A stretch of 31,247 nucleotides of DNA from Candidatus Lindowbacteria bacterium RIFCSPLOWO2_12_FULL_62_27 (GTDB taxonomy: Bacteria; Lindowbacteria; 2-12-FULL-62-27): assembly GCA_001784175.1 (NCBI GenBank), contig MFPR01000020.1, positions 248,001 through 279,247 of the forward strand, read 5' to 3'. Each line of letters opens with the position of its first letter. Within the stretch, counting starts at the first letter, position 1. The translations under genes and the position numbers were made by a program. Of the stretch, positions 18,125 to 26,717 are shown one piece after another. The notes under the pieces were generated by a model. It saw nothing but the letters and a program-made list of their open reading frames with translations, was not told where the DNA came from and did not search any database.

Positions 18125-19539
18125 CCGCCAAACCGGCCGGGCGCGCGAGCATTCTGGTCATCGACGACGACATTTCCATCGGCGTATTTTTCGCCGAACT
18201 CTTCGCGGGCCAGTATGACGTCACGGTGGCGAATTCGGGGGAGGAGGGATTCCGGCGGTTTCAGGAAGCGGAGCCGCAGGTGGTCCTCCTGGACGTGCGC
18301 CTGCCGGACATTTCAGGGGTGGACGTTCTGGAGCGGATCAAAAAGACGTCGCCGCCGCATCCGTCCGTCATCATGATCACCGCCAACCGGGACGTCGAGT
18401 CGGCCGTGCGCGCCATGAAGCTCGGCGCGTTCGACTATCTCCTCAAGCCGTTCGGCAGCAACGAGGAGCTGGCCGTGGTCGTCGAAAAGGCCGTGGATGA
18501 CCGCCGGCTCCGGGTGGAGGTCCGGACGCTGCGGCACGAAGTCCAGCAGTTCTACAGTCCGGACAACCTCATCGGCAAAAGTCCCCTGATGAAATCCGTG
18601 CAGGATCGGATCGAGAAGGTTCTGGACAACGACATCACGGTTCTCATTCGAGGAGACAGCGGCACCGGCAAGGAGATGGTGGCGCGAGCGATCCATTACG
18701 GGAGCCGCCGGGCCGACCGGCCCTTTGTCACGCTGAACTGCGCCGCCATCCCGGAGAACCTCCTGGAAAACGAACTCTTCGGCCACGAAAAGGGCGCGTT
18801 CACCGGCGCGATCCAGTTCCGGAAGGGCAAGTTCGAAACCGCCGACACCGGGACACTCTTTTTGGACGAGATCGGCGCCCTGGACTACAACCTGCAGGCG
18901 AAGCTTCTCAGGGCGCTGCAGGAACGCGAGGTCGAGCGCGTGGGCGGCACGCGTCCGATCACGGTCGACGTCCGGATCATCTCGGCCACGAGCCGTAATC
19001 TGGAGGAGGCTTTGCGGCAGGGGAAATTCCGGGACGACCTTTTCTATCGCATCAACGTGATGACCATCACCATCCCGCCGTTGCGGGATCGCAGGGAGGA
19101 CATACCGCTTCTGGCGAACCATTTCTTGAAAAAGCATGCGCCGCGGCTCGGCCGGGAAGCCCATGAATTTTCACAGGCCGCCATGCAGAAGCTTCTGGGC
19201 TATTCCTGGCCCGGCAACGTTCGGGAACTGGAGCACACGATCGAACGCGCCATCATTTACTCCGAAGGCGCGCTCGTGTTGCCGGATTTCATTGAGCTGA
19301 CGGAGATCGCGGCGGCGTCCGGCGCCGCCGCAGCGGCGTCCGACGCCTGCGGCGCGCCGATGAGCAGTCTGGATGTTGCGGAGAAAACGGCGGTCCAGGA
19401 TGCGTTGAACCGGACGGCCTGCAACATCTCGCGGGCGGCCGAGATTCTCGGCATCACGCGCAAAACGCTGCGCGCCAAAATGGTGAAATACGGGATCCAA
19501 AAAGGAACCGAGACCGGGTCCGCCGAGCCGTCCGCTTAG
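18121..19539 (+). CDS. Sigma54-dependent response regulator (NtrC/AtoC family)
   Basis: Receiver (DDD, LLDVRLP, KPF), Walker A GDSGTGKE, GAFTGA, 'WPGNVREL' and a Fis HTH. Confidence 0.95.
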   Translation: MTAKPAGRASILVIDDDISIGVFFAELFAGQYDVTVANSGEEGFRRFQEAEPQVVLLDVRLPDISGVDVLERIKKTSPPHPSVIMITANRDVESAVRAMKLGAFDYLLKPFGSNEELAVVVEKAVDDRRLRVEVRTLRHEVQQFYSPDNLIGKSPLMKSVQDRIEKVLDNDITVLIRGDSGTGKEMVARAIHYGSRRADRPFVTLNCAAIPENLLENELFGHEKGAFTGAIQFRKGKFETADTGTLFLDEIGALDYNLQAKLLRALQEREVERVGGTRPITVDVRIISATSRNLEEALRQGKFRDDLFYRINVMTITIPPLRDRREDIPLLANHFLKKHAPRLGREAHEFSQAAMQKLLGYSWPGNVRELEHTIERAIIYSEGALVLPDFIELTEIAAASGAAAAASDACGAPMSSLDVAEKTAVQDALNRTACNISRAAEILGITRKTLRAKMVKYGIQKGTETGSAEPSA

Positions 19540-19547
19540 AATTTGAC

Positions 19548-20735
19548 ATGGAGCCACTGAGAGGCGTTCGGATCCTGGATCTGACCAAGGTTCTGGCGGG
19601 TCCGTTTGCGACGCAGTTGCTGGGCGATTTTGGCGCGGACGTGATCAAGGTCGAGCGCCCGGGCGAGGGGGACGACACGCGCGCATTCGGGCCGCCCTTT
19701 GTCGAGGGCGAGAGCACCTATTTCCTGTCGATCAACCGGTCGAAGCGCAGCATCGCGCTGAATCTGAAATCGTCGGCGGCGGTCGAGGTCGTGAAGAAGA
19801 TCGCATCGTCGTCCGACGTGCTGATCGAGAATTTCCGGCCGGGCAGCCTCAAAAAAATGGGATTGGACTACGCGTCTCTGCACGGTCAATTTTCCCGCCT
19901 GATTTACGTTTCCATTTCAGGTTTCGGCGCCACCGGCCCCGACGCGCCCCGGCCCGGGTACGACCTTGCGGTCCAGGGCCTTTCCGGCATCATGAGCATC
20001 ACCGGCGATCCGGCCGGCCCGCCGACCAAGGTCGGCACATCGATCGCCGACCTCGTCGCCGGCCTGTACGCGGTGCAGGGGACGTTGCTCGCGCTCTACG
20101 CGCGGGAAAAAACCGGCCGTGGCCAGTTCGTGGATGTGTCGATGCTCGACGGCCAGATATCGCTCCTGACCTTTCAGGGACAGAAGTATCTTTCGACCGG
20201 CGCCGTGCCCGGGCGGCTCGGCAACCAGCACCCGAGCATCTGTCCGTACGAGACATTCGCGGCCAAAGACGGATATTTCAATCTGGCCGTCGGCAACGAC
20301 CGGCTGTGGGCCCACTTTTGCGAGGCGGTCGGCCGCGCGGACCTGGTGTCGGACGTACGATTCAAAACGAATCCGGACCGCGTGAGAAATCACGACGCGT
20401 TGTACGGGATTTTGTCCCGCGTGTTCAAGGATCGTTCCGCCGCCGAATGGATCGAAAAACTCGAAAAGGCCGGCGTGCCCGCCGCGCCGATTCTTCCGGT
20501 CGATCAGGTTTTCTCGCAGCCGCAGGTCCGCGCCCGAACCATGCGGGTCGCCGTGCCGCACGCGAAGATCGCCAACCTTGAAATGGCCGGTGTCCCGGTC
20601 CAGCTCTCCGACACGCCGTCGCACATCCGCCGCGGCCCGCCGCTCCTCGGCGAACACACCGACGAAATCCTAGCCGAGGCCGGGCTCGGCCCGGAAGACA
20701 TCGCGTGCCTCCGAAAGGATGGGGCGTTTGATTGA
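19548..20735 (+). CDS. Class III CoA transferase (CaiB/BaiF family)
   Basis: 'PLRGVRILDLTKVLAGPFAT..LGDFGADVIKVE', 'ENFRPG', 'GYD' and catalytic Asp in 'SIADLVAG'. Confidence 0.93.
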   Translation: MEPLRGVRILDLTKVLAGPFATQLLGDFGADVIKVERPGEGDDTRAFGPPFVEGESTYFLSINRSKRSIALNLKSSAAVEVVKKIASSSDVLIENFRPGSLKKMGLDYASLHGQFSRLIYVSISGFGATGPDAPRPGYDLAVQGLSGIMSITGDPAGPPTKVGTSIADLVAGLYAVQGTLLALYAREKTGRGQFVDVSMLDGQISLLTFQGQKYLSTGAVPGRLGNQHPSICPYETFAAKDGYFNLAVGNDRLWAHFCEAVGRADLVSDVRFKTNPDRVRNHDALYGILSRVFKDRSAAEWIEKLEKAGVPAAPILPVDQVFSQPQVRARTMRVAVPHAKIANLEMAGVPVQLSDTPSHIRRGPPLLGEHTDEILAEAGLGPEDIACLRKDGAFD

Positions 20736-20741
20736 CAGGGC

Positions 20742-22403
20742 ATGACGCCTAAAGCACATTTTCAAACCCAGATGGATTTTTCGAAATGGCGGAAGGACAT
20801 TTATGAGCCGCTGATCCGGAAGCATGCGGAGCGCCGGCCGGCGTTTGCGACGAGTTCGGGCATCCCGGTGGAGCCTCTGTATTCGCCGGCGGCAGCGGAG
20901 AACGGCGTCGGATTTCCCGGCGTGTATCCCTACACGCGCGGGATCCAGGCGAGCATGTATCGCGGGAAACTCTGGACCATGCGGCAGTACGCGGGCTTCG
21001 GCACGGCCGAGGCGTCCAACGCGCGGTACAAGTATCTGCTCTCGCAGGGCCAGACCGGTCTGTCCGTCGCGTTTGATCTGCCGACCCAGCTCGGGATGGA
21101 TTCGGACGATCCCCTGGCCCGCGGGGAAGTCGGCAAGGTCGGGGTCGCGATCGATTCGATCGAGGACATGGAGCGTCTCCTGGACGGAATTCCCCTCGAT
21201 CGCGTGTCGGTGTCGATGACCATCAACGCGCCCGCGGCGATTTTATGGGCGATGGTGATTGCCGTCGCGCGCCGCCGCGGCGTGGCGCTCGACCAACTGA
21301 ACGGGACAATCCAGAACGACGTGTTAAAGGAATACATCGCGCGCGGCACCTACATTTTCCCGCCCCGGCCCTCGCTGCGGATCGTGACGGACATATTTGA
21401 ATATGGAGAAAAGGTTGTCCCGAACTGGAACACCATCTCGATTTCCGGGTACCACATCCGGGAGGCCGGGTCGACCGCCGCGCAGGAGGTGGGTCTGACG
21501 TTCGCGAACGCGGTCTGTTACGTCGAGTCGGCCATCGCGCGCGGGCTGGATCCGGACCGGTTTTTGCCGCGCGTGTCGTTTTTCTGGAACGCGCACAACC
21601 AGTTCCTGGAGGAAGTCGCGAAATTCCGCGCTGCGCGCCGTCTCTGGGCGAAGCTGTGCCGGGACCGGTTCAAGGCCAAAGATCCACGCTCCTGGATGCA
21701 CCGGTTTCACACCCAGACCGGCGGATCGACCCTCACGGCCCAGCAGCCGCTGAACAACGTCGCGCGCACAACCGTCCAGGCCCTTGCGGCGGTTCTGGGC
21801 GGGACCCAGTCGTTGCACACCAACGCCTACGACGAGGCGCTGTGCCTGCCGACCGAAACGGGCGCGACGGTGGCCCTGCGGACGCAGCAGATTCTCGCGC
21901 ATGAGAGCAAGGCCGGCGACACGGTGGATCCGCTGGGCGGGTCTTATTGCGTGGAGGCGCTGACGGACCGGCTGGAGGCCGAGGCCGAAAAAATCATCAA
22001 GAAGGTGGACGAGATGGGCGGCGCCGTCGCCGCGATCGAGGCCGGATATCCGCAGCGCGAGATTCAGCGAAGCGCGTATGCCGCGCAGCAGGCGCTTGAG
22101 AAGAAAGAGGAGATTGTCGTGGGCGTGAACGAGTTCAAGGCCGGCCGCGAGCCTTCCATGCCCGTCATGAAAGTTGACCTGAAATCCGAGCGATCGCAGG
22201 TGAAGCGGTTGAAGGCGTATCGGAAAAAGCGCGACGCGCGCGCGGCGAGCGGGGCCTGCGATCGGCTCTCGAGAGCCGCCGGTGGGCAGGACAATCTCAT
22301 GACCCATATCGTCACCGCGGTCGAGTCGGGCGCGACGGTCGGCGAAATCGCCGGCGCGATCAAATCGGTGTTCGGGGAGGCGCAGCATGTCCGGACGGTT
22401 TAG
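20742..22403 (+). CDS. Methylmalonyl-CoA mutase, substrate-binding large subunit (split type)
   Basis: 'YPYTRG', 'WTMRQYAGF' (Tyr specificity residue), '[13 protein letters not shown]' (Arg), '[10 protein letters not shown]' and '[11 protein letters not shown]'. No B12 domain. Confidence 0.93.
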   Translation: MTPKAHFQTQMDFSKWRKDIYEPLIRKHAERRPAFATSSGIPVEPLYSPAAAENGVGFPGVYPYTRGIQASMYRGKLWTMRQYAGFGTAEASNARYKYLLSQGQTGLSVAFDLPTQLGMDSDDPLARGEVGKVGVAIDSIEDMERLLDGIPLDRVSVSMTINAPAAILWAMVIAVARRRGVALDQLNGTIQNDVLKEYIARGTYIFPPRPSLRIVTDIFEYGEKVVPNWNTISISGYHIREAGSTAAQEVGLTFANAVCYVESAIARGLDPDRFLPRVSFFWNAHNQFLEEVAKFRAARRLWAKLCRDRFKAKDPRSWMHRFHTQTGGSTLTAQQPLNNVARTTVQALAAVLGGTQSLHTNAYDEALCLPTETGATVALRTQQILAHESKAGDTVDPLGGSYCVEALTDRLEAEAEKIIKKVDEMGGAVAAIEAGYPQREIQRSAYAAQQALEKKEEIVVGVNEFKAGREPSMPVMKVDLKSERSQVKRLKAYRKKRDARAASGACDRLSRAAGGQDNLMTHIVTAVESGATVGEIAGAIKSVFGEAQHVRTV

Positions 22404-22902
22404 GCTCCCGGTCCTCTGGGTGAGCCTGTCGCTCCTGCTCTTGTCGGGCTGTCAGATCTGGAACAACAAATGGATCCGTGTGCGGCGCGGGCCGAATCCC
22501 GAGGCGACCCGGATCCAGCTCGGCATGCCGGTCCTGATGGGGCCCAAGGAGCAGGTTGAGCGTTTTTTCCATGCGTACGCGCGCAAGGACTGGAAGGGGA
22601 TGGCGACGTCCCTGGACGAGTTTTCGGATTTGCACTATATCCAGGACAAGGTTCAAAAAGATTTCGACCGGTACGTCGAAATCATTGTGGAGGTGAAGGT
22701 GAAGCGTCCGGTCTTCAACGACGCGCGAGACAAGGCGCAGGTGGACGTCAAGTTCGAGATCGAGAAGATCGACCAGACTTCCGGCGCGCTCCATCAAGCA
22801 AAGGGATCAGGCTCGTTTGTTGTGGCCTCCAAGGGCGGCTGGGAGATTCTCGGCTACATCGGCGATCCGTTTTGGGGCACGGGGGAGGCGGAGGCGCAGT
22901 GA
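22387..22902 (+). CDS. Hypothetical lipoprotein (possibly NTF2-like fold)
   Basis: Lipobox LLLLSG-C. '[13 protein letters not shown]' helix followed by beta strands ending 'GWEI'. Confidence 0.65.
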   Translation: MSGRFRLPVLWVSLSLLLLSGCQIWNNKWIRVRRGPNPEATRIQLGMPVLMGPKEQVERFFHAYARKDWKGMATSLDEFSDLHYIQDKVQKDFDRYVEIIVEVKVKRPVFNDARDKAQVDVKFEIEKIDQTSGALHQAKGSGSFVVASKGGWEILGYIGDPFWGTGEAEAQ

Positions 22903-23294
22903 AACCGCCCGCGCGAATCCTGATCGCGAAGGTCGGGCTGGACGGGCATGACCGCGGCGCGAAGGTCATCGCGCAGGGATTGCGGGACGCCGGATTCGAG
23001 GTCATCTACACGGGCATCCGGCAGCGGCCGGAGGATGTGGTGCGCGCGTGTACGGAGGAGGACGTCCAGGCGATGGGTCTGTCGTCCCTGTCCGGCGGGC
23101 ACATGGCGAATTTTTCGGACATCGTGAAAGAGATGAAAAAGCAAAAGCAGTTCGGGAAGGTGGTGCTGTTCGGCGGCGGCGTGATCCCGGAGTCGGACCG
23201 GCGTGCGTTGATCAAGAAGGGATTTTTTGAAATTTACACGCCGGGCACATCCATCCAAAAAATCGTCGAAGACCTGCGGTCTCGCCTGCGTTGA
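22899..23294 (+). CDS. Methylmalonyl-CoA mutase cobalamin-binding small subunit
   Basis: 'AKVGLDGHDRGAKV' (DxHxxG), 'GLSSLSGGH' and 'GGGVIP'. GTG at 22899 in a GTGA overlap. Confidence 0.93.
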   Translation: MKPPARILIAKVGLDGHDRGAKVIAQGLRDAGFEVIYTGIRQRPEDVVRACTEEDVQAMGLSSLSGGHMANFSDIVKEMKKQKQFGKVVLFGGGVIPESDRRALIKKGFFEIYTPGTSIQKIVEDLRSRLR

Positions 23295-24550
23295 ACACAT
23301 CTTCCGGCCGCGCAGAACTTGCGGCGTGGCTGACGGGACTGGACAACGGCGATCCGGCCGCGGTGGACCGGCTGGCGGAAAGCCGGCTGGACCGGCTGCC
23401 GTACCTGGTCGGCGTCACGGGCGCCGCCGGGGTCGGCAAGAGCATGCTGCTCGCCCGACTGCTCGATCGCCGCAAGCCTGCGGGCGCGGGGGTTCTCGCG
23501 GTCGATCCGACGCATCCCGCGAGCGGCGGCGCGATTTTGGGCGACCGCGTGCGGATGCCGAACCTGCCGGTGGGCGTGTTTCTCCGGAGCGTCGCCACGC
23601 GCGGCGGGACGAGCGGTCTTTCGGAGAAGCTGATCGACATGGCCGCCGCGATGAAAGTTTTCGGACACGAGGACGTTTTTGTGGAAACGGTGGGGATCGG
23701 CCAGGACGAGACGGCGGTGCGGCAGGTCGTCGACACGCTGATCGTGGTGGAGGCGCCGGGCCTGGGGGACGAGATTCAGGCCATGAAGGCGTCGCCGCTG
23801 TCCGTTGCGGACATCATCGTCGTGAACAAGTGCGACAAGCCCGGCGCGGCGGAAACCGCAGCCGTCCTTTCTGAGACCCTTGGGAAAAAGGCGATTCTGA
23901 CATCGGCTCTGGATGGCGCCGGAGTCGAGGAACTGTCGGCCGAAATAGACGCCGCGCGGCACGCGGCCCTGCGGGAGGACGTCAAGCCGGCCGCCGACCG
24001 GCGCAAGCTCGCGTGGCGGATGTCGCAGGCGCTGGCGAAAAAATGGGCCGACCGGATCGCCCGTGCATCGTCGGACTGGTGCGGGGACGGGCCGCCGGAA
24101 GGAGCGGTTCAGGGCCTGTATCGCCGGCTGCGGGACATTCTTTCTTTCGTGCCGGATCACGTCGCGGTGGCGGTCCCGGATTTGAACGAGGCGGTCCGCG
24201 CCTATGAGAAACTCGGATTTTTCCTGGAACGCCGCGAGTCGTTTCCAACGGAGGGCGTCGAGACGGCATTTTTCAACGCGGGCGGATTCCACATCGAACT
24301 TCTTCAGCCGACCCACGCCGACAGCCCGATTTCCAAATTCCTCTCGGACCGTGGGGCCGGCCTGCACCACGTGGCGTTCGAGGTCGATGACCTGCGCGAG
24401 GTTGAGCGGTCGATCAAGTCCCGCGGCCTCGAGGTTCTGGGCGGGATCCGGCCGGGGACGCGGGGCAAGCAGATACTGTTTCTTCATCCGAAATCGAGTT
24501 GCCGGGTCCTGCTTGAATTTTGCGCCTGCGCCATGCACTCTGAGGCGTAG
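23291..24550 (+). CDS. meaB: MeaB/ArgK GTPase fused to methylmalonyl-CoA epimerase (VOC)
   Basis: N-part: GAAGVGKS, 'AVDP..GGAILGDRVRM', 'ETVGIGQ', NKCD. C-part: 'DHVAVAV', 'IELLQP', 'ISKFL..GLHHVAFEV', 'FLHPK..VLLEF'. Confidence 0.88.
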   Translation: MNTSSGRAELAAWLTGLDNGDPAAVDRLAESRLDRLPYLVGVTGAAGVGKSMLLARLLDRRKPAGAGVLAVDPTHPASGGAILGDRVRMPNLPVGVFLRSVATRGGTSGLSEKLIDMAAAMKVFGHEDVFVETVGIGQDETAVRQVVDTLIVVEAPGLGDEIQAMKASPLSVADIIVVNKCDKPGAAETAAVLSETLGKKAILTSALDGAGVEELSAEIDAARHAALREDVKPAADRRKLAWRMSQALAKKWADRIARASSDWCGDGPPEGAVQGLYRRLRDILSFVPDHVAVAVPDLNEAVRAYEKLGFFLERRESFPTEGVETAFFNAGGFHIELLQPTHADSPISKFLSDRGAGLHHVAFEVDDLREVERSIKSRGLEVLGGIRPGTRGKQILFLHPKSSCRVLLEFCACAMHSEA

Positions 24551-25015
24551 ATGCTGATCTGCAACATTGACGGAACGATCGCCGACAACGCGCACCGCCG
24601 AAGGCTCCTGGCGGACGGGACATTCGACTGGGACTATTTCCTTCGGCCGGACCTGATTTCCCAGGACCGCGTGTTCCCGTATGCCCGGGAGGTCCTGACG
24701 CGCCTCACCGTGCGACACCCCATGATTCTTTTGTCCGGGCGCGAGGAGCGGTTCCGGTCGATCAGCCGCGCCTGGCTGGCCGAGCAGGGCCTGCCGGCGC
24801 CGACCAAGCTGTACCTGAGACCGGACGGGGACCGGCGGACATCAACGGAGTTCAAGACAGAGATTCTTTCCAGGATCATCGAGCATGCCCATGAGGCGGT
24901 GTCGTTCGTAGACGACAACGCCGAAATGGAGTCGATCTGCGCGCGGTTCGGCATCCAGATCCTCCGCGCGCCCCAAATCTGGGAGGAACTGTTCCGGTAC
25001 ATCCATCTCTTGTAG
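24551..25015 (+). CDS. HAD-superfamily protein of the polynucleotide kinase 3'-phosphatase type, motif I Asp replaced by Asn
   Basis: 'CNIDGTIAD', 'LSGR', 'LYLRPDGDRR...K' and 'FVDD'. Confidence 0.8.
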   Translation: MLICNIDGTIADNAHRRRLLADGTFDWDYFLRPDLISQDRVFPYAREVLTRLTVRHPMILLSGREERFRSISRAWLAEQGLPAPTKLYLRPDGDRRTSTEFKTEILSRIIEHAHEAVSFVDDNAEMESICARFGIQILRAPQIWEELFRYIHLL

Positions 25016-25021
25016 ATTCCC

Positions 25022-25828
25022 GTGGCCGCCAAAACCGTTCTCGTGCTGATTGACGGCGTCCGGTACGACGCCCTCTTCAAAGTCAACGACTGGGTCGGCC
25101 TGCCGAACATGCGGGGCATCCTCAACGACGGTGTGCTCTGGCGGAACGTTTACACGCTCGAACCGTTCCTGACCAACCACATCACGCAGAAAATCCTGAC
25201 CGGCCACCAGCACTACACGCAGAATTACACGATTTTCCAGCGCCTCGAGTATCTCGGATTCAGGACGGCCTCGGTCGGCACCAATCCGTGGGACGGGCGG
25301 GGCGCGCGGTTCAACTTCGACAACCTCTACGACAAAGAGCACAATTACCAGTCGGACGACGTCCGGTTCGACTGCGCGTGCAGGATTCTCCCCAAGGTCG
25401 ATTTTGTCTATCTCTACACGGTCGAAACGGACGAGTACGCGCACGTGTGCCGGGACGCGCACCGGAACATCTACTCCTGGGAATCCCCCTACATCTGGGC
25501 CATCAAGCGCACCGACACGCGGCTGGGCCGCCTGCGCGGGTGGCTCGAAAAAATCACGCGCGGCCATTACAACCTGATCTGCGTCGCCGATCACGGCATG
25601 ACCGACAACGGCCGGCATTCCATCGGCACCTGGACGATGGAAGCCGTCACGCACGTGCCGGTCTTCGCCTGCGGCGTAAACTTCAAACGCGGCGCGAAAG
25701 TCGACGCGCGTTTCTACGTGACCGACCTCGCCCACGCCATCGTGAACCTCTACGACGCGCGCGTCCCGGCGCACATGTTCAACTCCGTTCTGTCGCGCGC
25801 GGCCGCGATGCCCGCCGTGCGCTCCTGA
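25022..25828 (+). CDS. Alkaline phosphatase superfamily (NPP/PglZ-like) protein, cytoplasmic
   Basis: 'LVLIDG', putative Thr nucleophile 'PFLT', 'DEYAH', 'VADHG' and a downstream His; no signal peptide. Confidence 0.8.
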   Translation: MAAKTVLVLIDGVRYDALFKVNDWVGLPNMRGILNDGVLWRNVYTLEPFLTNHITQKILTGHQHYTQNYTIFQRLEYLGFRTASVGTNPWDGRGARFNFDNLYDKEHNYQSDDVRFDCACRILPKVDFVYLYTVETDEYAHVCRDAHRNIYSWESPYIWAIKRTDTRLGRLRGWLEKITRGHYNLICVADHGMTDNGRHSIGTWTMEAVTHVPVFACGVNFKRGAKVDARFYVTDLAHAIVNLYDARVPAHMFNSVLSRAAAMPAVRS

Positions 25829-25871
25829 CCGCACATCTGCTTTTTGGTATGTCGTTCGATTAACCATTCAC

Positions 25872-26030
25872 GCCGGAAAAACCAAGGCGTCACTCTCGTC
25901 GCGGTGGCGCTATCGGCCTTGGCCTATCGCCGCCGTGTCGGCTCCGGCAGGACCGACCGGCGATAACTCAAGAATCAGGGTTCAGTCCCTTGATTCTGCG
26001 GCATATAAATTGGAACCGTCCCCCCTTTTT
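25872..26030. repeat. REP-like structured repeat, copy 1
   Basis: 25939-26019 is identical to 26609-26689. The 5' block GCCGGAAAAACNAAGGCGTCACNCTCGTCGC is also shared. Internal palindrome AGAATCAGGG-TTCAGT-CCCTTGATTCT. Confidence 0.9.
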
Positions 26031-26031
26031 T

Positions 26032-26328
26032 TCACGTCAGTCTCGACGGGTCAAACTGCCGCGCACCGTGGAAAACGGTGAGTATCTCCACGCACTTGTC
26101 TTTGAGCCTGTAAACGAGCCGATAACTGCCTATAATGGCCTCGCGAATTACGGGATCGCCGATCTCGGGAACGATTCGACCGGATTCGGGAAACAGGGTG
26201 ATTCGATCGATGGCGCGGAAGGTGTCAACGGCGAAGAGGCGCGCGTAGTGGGAGGAGTCCCTGGCGATGAATTTGACGATGGACTCGAGGTCTTGCGCCG
26301 CCTGAAGTGTCCATCTTACTTCAACCAT
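26032..26328 (-). CDS. Type II toxin, RelE/ParE family
   Basis: 'VRWTLQAAQDLESI..FIA', 'FPESGRIVPE', 'REAIIGSYRLVYR' and 'EILTVFHGAR'. Confidence 0.92.
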   Translation of the reverse strand: MVEVRWTLQAAQDLESIVKFIARDSSHYARLFAVDTFRAIDRITLFPESGRIVPEIGDPVIREAIIGSYRLVYRLKDKCVEILTVFHGARQFDPSRLT

Positions 26329-26498
26329 CGCTTCATCTTTTGCCGGATCTTCTCGTCTGAAACTGTTTGACGCGCGTCAGCCTGCCGGATGCCCTTTTCA
26401 ATCTTGGCAAGAAACAACAGCCTCTCCATCGCGTCTTCGTAGGAGGCGTCATCCGGAAGACTCCTGACCGCTTTGATGACTTTCTGCTTGACCGTCAT
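26316..26498 (-). CDS. Cognate antitoxin (60 aa)
   Basis: MTVKQKVIKAVRSLPDDASYEDAMERLLFLAKIEKGIRQAD... lies upstream of the toxin and overlaps it. Start reset to the ATG at 26498. Confidence 0.85.
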   Translation of the reverse strand: MTVKQKVIKAVRSLPDDASYEDAMERLLFLAKIEKGIRQADARQTVSDEKIRQKMKRWLK

Positions 26499-26504
26499 GA
26501 ATAA

Positions 26505-26533
26505 AGAATACCCGGCGGCGGGTTGAAATTCAA
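26505..26533 (-). promoter_or_regulatory. Sigma70 promoter of the TA operon (leaderless geometry) with overlapping palindrome
   Basis: Minus strand TTGAAT-N17-TATTCT, then 6 nt, then ATG. Palindrome TTGAAATTCAA (26523-26533) covers the -35. Confidence 0.65.
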
Positions 26534-26572
26534 GCGCATATTCCCGTTCCTGCGGTCCGACGCGGATTTTCG

Positions 26573-26717
26573 GCCGGAAAAACGAAGGCGTCACCCTCGT
26601 CGCCGGGGCGGCTCCGGCAGGACCGACCGGCGATAACTCAAGAATCAGGGTTCAGTCCCTTGATTCTGCGGCATATAAATTGGAACCGTTCCCGTTTTTT
26701 TCCCGTTTTTTCGGCCG
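26573..26717. repeat. REP-like structured repeat, copy 2
   Basis: Direct repeat of copy 1 (cores 670 bp apart) that lacks copy 1's internal hairpin segment. The tail has a duplicated TCCCGTTTTTT. Confidence 0.9.

Noticed and set aside
20742-22403. Isobutyryl-CoA or 2-hydroxyisobutyryl-CoA mutase assignment
   Set aside because: The specificity residues are Tyr (RQY) and Arg, as in methylmalonyl-CoA mutase.
25990-26370. 126-aa + strand ORF
   Set aside because: Antisense to the clear RelE/ParE toxin and starts inside the repeat.
26499-26594. N-terminal extension of the antitoxin ORF
   Set aside because: It runs through the promoter and repeat; the ATG at 26498 matches promoter geometry and typical antitoxin size.
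25872-26717. CRISPR array or classical integron
   Set aside because: Only two long repeats separated by genes. There are no cas genes, no integrase and no clear attC R-box pairing.
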